From an uncultured Methylomirabilota bacterium (lineage in GTDB: Bacteria > Methylomirabilota > Methylomirabilia > Methylomirabilales > 2-02-FULL-66-22), in the NCBI GenBank assembly GCA_963705305.1, contig OY970067.1:3520001-3584000 (forward strand): DNA of 64,000 nucleotides, in the 5' to 3' direction. Position 1 is the stretch's first letter; every line of letters begins with the position of its first letter. Of the stretch, positions 59,576-64,000 are shown in pieces. Both the position numbers and the translations under genes were made by a program. The notes below the pieces were generated by a model. The model was not told the DNA's origin. It searched no databases and worked only from the letters and a program-made list of their open reading frames with translations.

Positions 59576-60607
59576 ATGAAGGCATTGGTCAAGGCCGAGC
59601 CGAAACCGGGGGCGTCGCTTGTTGACATGGCCGCTCCGGACATCGGGCGCGACGAAGTCTTGGTCGAGGTGAAAGCCGCCGCCGTCTGCGGGACCGACAT
59701 TCACTTCTATCAGTGGGACACGATGGCGGCCAACCTCCCGGTCCGCCTTCCGTTGATTCTCGGCCACGAGTATTCGGGGGATGTCCTGAAGGTGGGCGGC
59801 GACGTGCGCGGGCTTGCGCCGGGGGACCGGGTGTCGGTCGAGACGCACGTGCCCTGCGGCACCTGCTATTCCTGCCGGCTCGGCAACGGCCACAATTGCC
59901 AGCACATGGAGCTGATCGGCATCACGTACCCAGGGGCCTTCGCCTGGTATGCGAAAGCGCCGGCGAAGGTGGCCTATCGGCTTCCCAGCGGCGTCACATA
60001 CGACGAGGGGGCGCTGTTCGAGCCGGCCGGGGTGGCCATGCGCGGGGTCGACGAGGCCCGCATCGCCCCCGGCGACGCCGTGGTGGTGGTCGGGTGCGGG
60101 CCGATCGGCCTGGTCGCCATTCAGATGGCGCTGGCGGTCGGGGCGGGGGTCGTGATTGCGATCGATGTGAACGAGTTCCGGCTGCAGATGGCGCATCGGG
60201 CGGGGGCGCGCACGCTGAACCCGCACCGGGACGACATCGCGGAGCAGGTGGGAATCCTCACGGGACGGCGGGGGGGCGCGGACGTCGTCCTGGAGATCAG
60301 CGGTGCCGCGGAGGTATTCGACTACCTGTTCGACATCGTCCGCCTGGAGGGGCGGGTGGTCACCATCGGCCACCCCGCCAAGCCCGTCAGCCTGAATGTC
60401 TCCAAGCAGATCAATCAGCGCGGGGTGACGCTCAAGGGGGTCTTCGGCCGGCGGATCTGGGAGACCTGGGAGCACCTCGCGGCGCTGGTGGTCGCCAAGC
60501 GGATCGATCTGTTGGCTGTCATCACCCACCGATTTCCCCTCGAGGCGTTTGAGGATGCATTCGGGCAGGTGCACGGCCAGGCGGGCAAGATTCTTTTCAT
60601 CCCCTAG
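59576..60607 (+). CDS. Zn-dependent alcohol dehydrogenase (threonine-dehydrogenase-like)
   Basis: CGTDIH, GHE, CGTCYSC...C, EP, GCGPIG, ITHRFPL. Confidence 0.9.
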   Translation: MKALVKAEPKPGASLVDMAAPDIGRDEVLVEVKAAAVCGTDIHFYQWDTMAANLPVRLPLILGHEYSGDVLKVGGDVRGLAPGDRVSVETHVPCGTCYSCRLGNGHNCQHMELIGITYPGAFAWYAKAPAKVAYRLPSGVTYDEGALFEPAGVAMRGVDEARIAPGDAVVVVGCGPIGLVAIQMALAVGAGVVIAIDVNEFRLQMAHRAGARTLNPHRDDIAEQVGILTGRRGGADVVLEISGAAEVFDYLFDIVRLEGRVVTIGHPAKPVSLNVSKQINQRGVTLKGVFGRRIWETWEHLAALVVAKRIDLLAVITHRFPLEAFEDAFGQVHGQAGKILFIP

Positions 60608-60788
60608 GATGAGGCGAGTCGCCACCGTGTCGGCGCCATTGCAAGCGCGGACAGTCTCGGCGTAGGCCACCCCCAAGAAGGGGTCGCCGCGGGAGAGAGG
60701 GGAACATGCCAGAGCCTACCCCGAAGACAGGCCGGCCGAATCTCCCGAATCGGTTTCGAGGGCCCGCCTAGCCGACATCCGCCGTCGT

Positions 60789-61886
60789 TTACCGCTCGCT
60801 GATCCTGAAAATGGCATCCAGGTTGTTGCCCAAGATCCTGTCCTTCTCGTCCGCGCTCAGGAATGGGCAGTATCGCCGGACGTAGTCCACCGACTGCGTG
60901 TAGGTGCAGAACCGCTCGACATTCGGCATATCCGAGCCCCAGATGAGCTTGGAGGCGCCGAACCTGTCCCGCATGTCCTTGATGAGCGCTCGCGCCTCGG
61001 GATAGGGATAGTCCCAGACGCCACCCCAGGTGATGGGGAACATAATTTCGAGCCACAGATTGTCGTGGCGGTACGTCGCCAGAACATCGTCTGGGAATTC
61101 CCACCTGCCCGAGACGGCGAAGTGGCCCACCGGCGGCCCCATGACCAACACCCACTGAATGTTCTTGAAGCGGGTCATGAGATCCAGGAGGCGCGCCATG
61201 TTCGCGATGTGGCTCGCCTTGTCGTAGTTCGGGATCACCGGCGCCTCTAGGAAGACCGGCAGCCGCCATCCGTCGATCGTGGACCAAAAAATGTCGAAAC
61301 AGCGGTCGTTGAACGCGAGGTCAAAGTTGTACCGGGCGAAGGTGTCGAGGCCGTAATAGACGCCCCGAAGATCGAGCGTGCCATAGGCGCGCTCGAGCTC
61401 TTTGAGCACGGGCTCCGTGTGGGCGCGGGGCTCCTCGATATTGAGGAGCGCCGTGAACTTGGCGGAATATTGGCGTTGCGCGAAGGCGTTGTAGTCGTTC
61501 ATCGCCCCGTACCCCCCTCCGGCCTGCAGGATGCAATGGTCGACTCGCGCGTAGGTCATCTGGGCGAGCATCAGCTCGGGCGGGGCCACGATCTCCTGCA
61601 TGCCGACGGGCATGTACTGAACGTAGTAGTCCGTGCCGTCGATCGTGAAGTCGAGCTGCCCGTAGCGGCCGACGCGAAAGGCGACCTCCGCGAGTCCGGC
61701 CCACGAATTATCCCCCTGGCGGAACAGCAGCGGACCCGTCACTTCCTTGCCGTCGCGGGCTCGGAATACCTTTGCCGCCGGCCGCGTCTGAGTCTTCTGC
61801 ATGAACTTGCGGTGGATCTCGCGGGATGGATGGCCGCACGCTCCCGCCCAATTCTGAAACACGTGCGCATGCGAGTCGATGATCAT
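60789..61886 (-). CDS. Amidohydrolase family protein (amidohydro_2-like)
   Basis: IIDSHAH, DYPY, WGSDMP, ILGNN. Confidence 0.88.
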   Translation of the reverse strand: MIIDSHAHVFQNWAGACGHPSREIHRKFMQKTQTRPAAKVFRARDGKEVTGPLLFRQGDNSWAGLAEVAFRVGRYGQLDFTIDGTDYYVQYMPVGMQEIVAPPELMLAQMTYARVDHCILQAGGGYGAMNDYNAFAQRQYSAKFTALLNIEEPRAHTEPVLKELERAYGTLDLRGVYYGLDTFARYNFDLAFNDRCFDIFWSTIDGWRLPVFLEAPVIPNYDKASHIANMARLLDLMTRFKNIQWVLVMGPPVGHFAVSGRWEFPDDVLATYRHDNLWLEIMFPITWGGVWDYPYPEARALIKDMRDRFGASKLIWGSDMPNVERFCTYTQSVDYVRRYCPFLSADEKDRILGNNLDAIFRISER

Positions 61887-61980
61887 GGGTGGCCTCTCCC
61901 AGGGGCGGCGCCGTCAGGCGAGCGCGCCGCGGCCGGTTCACGTCGAACACCACGATCCGGCCGCGGCGTCAGTCGCGTCG

Positions 61981-62502
61981 TCAGCCCAGTTTCTCGAGGT
62001 ACTCGTCGTAGAGCCGTTGCACCACGCCGTTGACGATCACGTAGGTGCTCCACATGTCGAGGAAGGTCTTCCACGCCACGTCGCCGTACCGGATCGCCCA
62101 CGTGTTCGGGCGCTTGTCGAAGGGGTGCTTCTCGTCGACGATGTGCGCCCAGCTGGCGTTGCGCTTCGCGAGCGCGATGGCGTCCAGGTCGCCCGTCACG
62201 TAGACGGTGGCGCGGCCGGTCCGCACCGGCTCGGCCGCCATGGCTTGCTGGCCGGCCACGGCGATCATTTTGGCTTTGGGAAAGAGCAGGGGCATTCGCT
62301 GCTCCTCGCTGGCGCCCGCGTTCACGGAAAAGGTGACATCCGGGCGATTCAGGTCCGCGACGGCCTTGAACTTCTTGGCGTCCTCCTTGCGGACGATGGC
62401 CAGGCTCCCCTTCGACCAGAGCGGGCCGATGTAGTTGCAGACGAGCCCCCGCGGCACCGTATACAGGAAATGCCGCCTCCCCCAATTCAGCTTACCGTCC
62501 AT
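61981..62502 (-). pseudogene. Polar amino-acid ABC substrate-binding protein with internal in-frame deletion
   Basis: Tat-like start MDGKLNWGRRHFL joined directly to mid-protein YTVPRG...DLNRPDV; only 173 aa. Confidence 0.65.
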
Positions 62503-62595
62503 GGCTGCCCCTCCTTCCCTGTTGATGGCTCCAGTCCGCAGCATCGGCCACGAAGGCACGCGAACTCCGGCCCCCCCGACCGCTTCCTCCGCATC

Positions 62596-63273
62596 TCACA
62601 CCAACCCTGCGAGTCCAAATCTGCTCCGGAAGTGATCGGAGGCCCACTTCGCCAGCATCGAGATCAGGAAGATCACGGCGAAATAGAGGAACGCCGCCGA
62701 CGTCAGGATCTCGATGGGCCCAAACTACATGTTCACGATCTTCAGCGCCTCGTACATCAGGTCCGGAATGGCGATGACCGAGACCAGTGTCGATGACTTG
62801 ATGACGACGGTCATCTGGTTGACGATCGATGGAGCCATCACCAGCACCACCTGCGGCATCACGATGCGTCGCATGATCTGGAAGTGGCTCATCCCGACAG
62901 CCGATCCCGCCTCGCGCTGCCCCTTCGACAGCCCCTCGATGCCCGGGCGGAATGTCTCGGCTAGATAGCCGCTTGACTGCAGGGCGAGGGCGATCACGCC
63001 CGCACCCACGACGCTCTTGGGAAACCCGAAAACGGTCGGCCAGACGTAATTGACCCACAGCAGCTGGACGAAGATGGGCGTGGCGCGACAGAACTCGATG
63101 TACCCGATCGCCGCGAACCGGAGAAACGGCACATACAGTCGGACCAGACAGGCGATCAAGCCGAGGACGATCGCCAGCAGGAAGACCAGAAAGCACACAT
63201 ACCCGGTGACGGACAGGCCGGACAGGAGGATATTGAGGTTTGCCAGGACCAGCCGATGAAAATTGACCAGCAT
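62596..63273 (-). pseudogene. Amino-acid ABC permease with internal TAG (62725-62727)
   Basis: RATP, YLAETFR.GI, GQREA, IKSSTL; frame continues past TAG as FGPIEIL...YF. Confidence 0.75.
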
Positions 63274-63282
63274 CGTCCCGCC

Positions 63283-63925
63283 TCACGCCCAGCCGCGCTG
63301 CCGCCAGCGATCCGAGAGCCGCTGGATGAGCTGCGCCGCGATGACGATGATCGCGCAGAAGAGGAGCGCGGCGCCCGTGTAAAGCGGCAGCGGCCGCATC
63401 TCGTACACCGTGATCATGGATACTTTGCACATGAGATTCTGGACGGCAATCAGAGAGACGAACGTCGTGGCCTTGAACAGCGCGACGAACTGGTTGAGGG
63501 CCTCCGGCAGCATGCGACGGACCGCTTGCGGGGCGACGATCCTCCGCATGATCGTCCACCTGGACATGCCGAGCGACATGGCGGCTTCGACGTGCTCGTG
63601 CGGGACGGACAGAATGCCGGCGCGCACCGTCTCGGACACGAACCCGCTGTAGGCGGTTCCAAGCGCGAGGATCGCCGCCGCATACGGGCTGACTGAAGTT
63701 CGTCGCCAGAAGCCGGCTGATGATGACGGGGAGGACGTAGTATACCTAGATCAGGAGGACATATTCGGGGGTGTTGCGGAAGAGCTCGGCGTATCCCGTG
63801 GACAGCGCGCGCACCGGCCACCGCCCGCTCAGCCTGGCGATGCCGATTGCGGACGCCAGAACCGTCGAGAGCAGCGCCCCCCCAGAAAGATGTAGATGTT
63901 CTGCAGGAGGCCGCTCAGCAGGATG
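63283..63925 (-). pseudogene. Amino-acid ABC permease with frameshifts and TAG (63746-63748)
   Basis: FRNTP, LLI*VYY, SETVRAGI, EAAMSLG, PQAVRRMLP; two frameshifts. Confidence 0.75.
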
Positions 63926-63978
63926 ATGCGGTCCGCCACCTCGCGCGCGAAGCCCATCTCATGGGTCACCACCAGCAT
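63920..63978 (-). pseudogene. Fragment of amino-acid ABC ATPase (GlnQ-like H-loop) fused to the permease
   Basis: MLVVTHEMGFAREVADRII. Confidence 0.7.
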
Positions 63979-64000
63979 GATTGACCTTGCTCAAGAAGTG

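Noticed and set aside
62725..63748. Amber (pyrrolysine) recoding of the two in-frame TAGs
   Set aside because: Both sit at probable Trp positions in genes that also carry frameshifts and deletions, and many intact genes here end in TAG

Overview
GC-rich bacterial chromosome segment; the lineage cannot be established from sequence alone, though gene style loosely suggests Methylomirabilota/Rokubacteria. Positions 1-16.8 kb are core genome: archaeal-type thyA, tsaB, rimI, Trm112, an rml/arn-like cell-envelope cluster, a sugar ABC ATPase, an IS1380-family element, gltX-greA-HD protein, and tRNA-Gln/tRNA-Glu. After tRNA-Glu comes a ~37-40 kb accessory region with three TRAP systems, a DeoR-controlled sugar/amine catabolic operon with a peptide-type ABC transporter, several pseudogenes, a MITE, and integrase/excisionase remnants. 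The highlight is 38.8-47.5 kb, a GntR-associated glycine/betaine-reductase-like operon with three UGA-recoded selenoproteins that the ORF track splits or misses: GrdB (STUGTC), GrdA (CFVU) and a glutaredoxin-like protein (UGGC). Each UGA is followed by a SECIS-like hairpin. The operon has its own TRAP transporter, a GrdE-like subunit lacking the pyruvoyl-forming Cys, GrdC but no GrdD or TrxA/B, and is bracketed by diverged 136-bp direct repeats. Two near-identical IS1380 copies both sit exactly 14 nt upstream of a TTGAC (-35-like) box. The window ends with split transketolase genes, a Zn-dehydrogenase, an amidohydrolase and a decaying amino-acid ABC operon.
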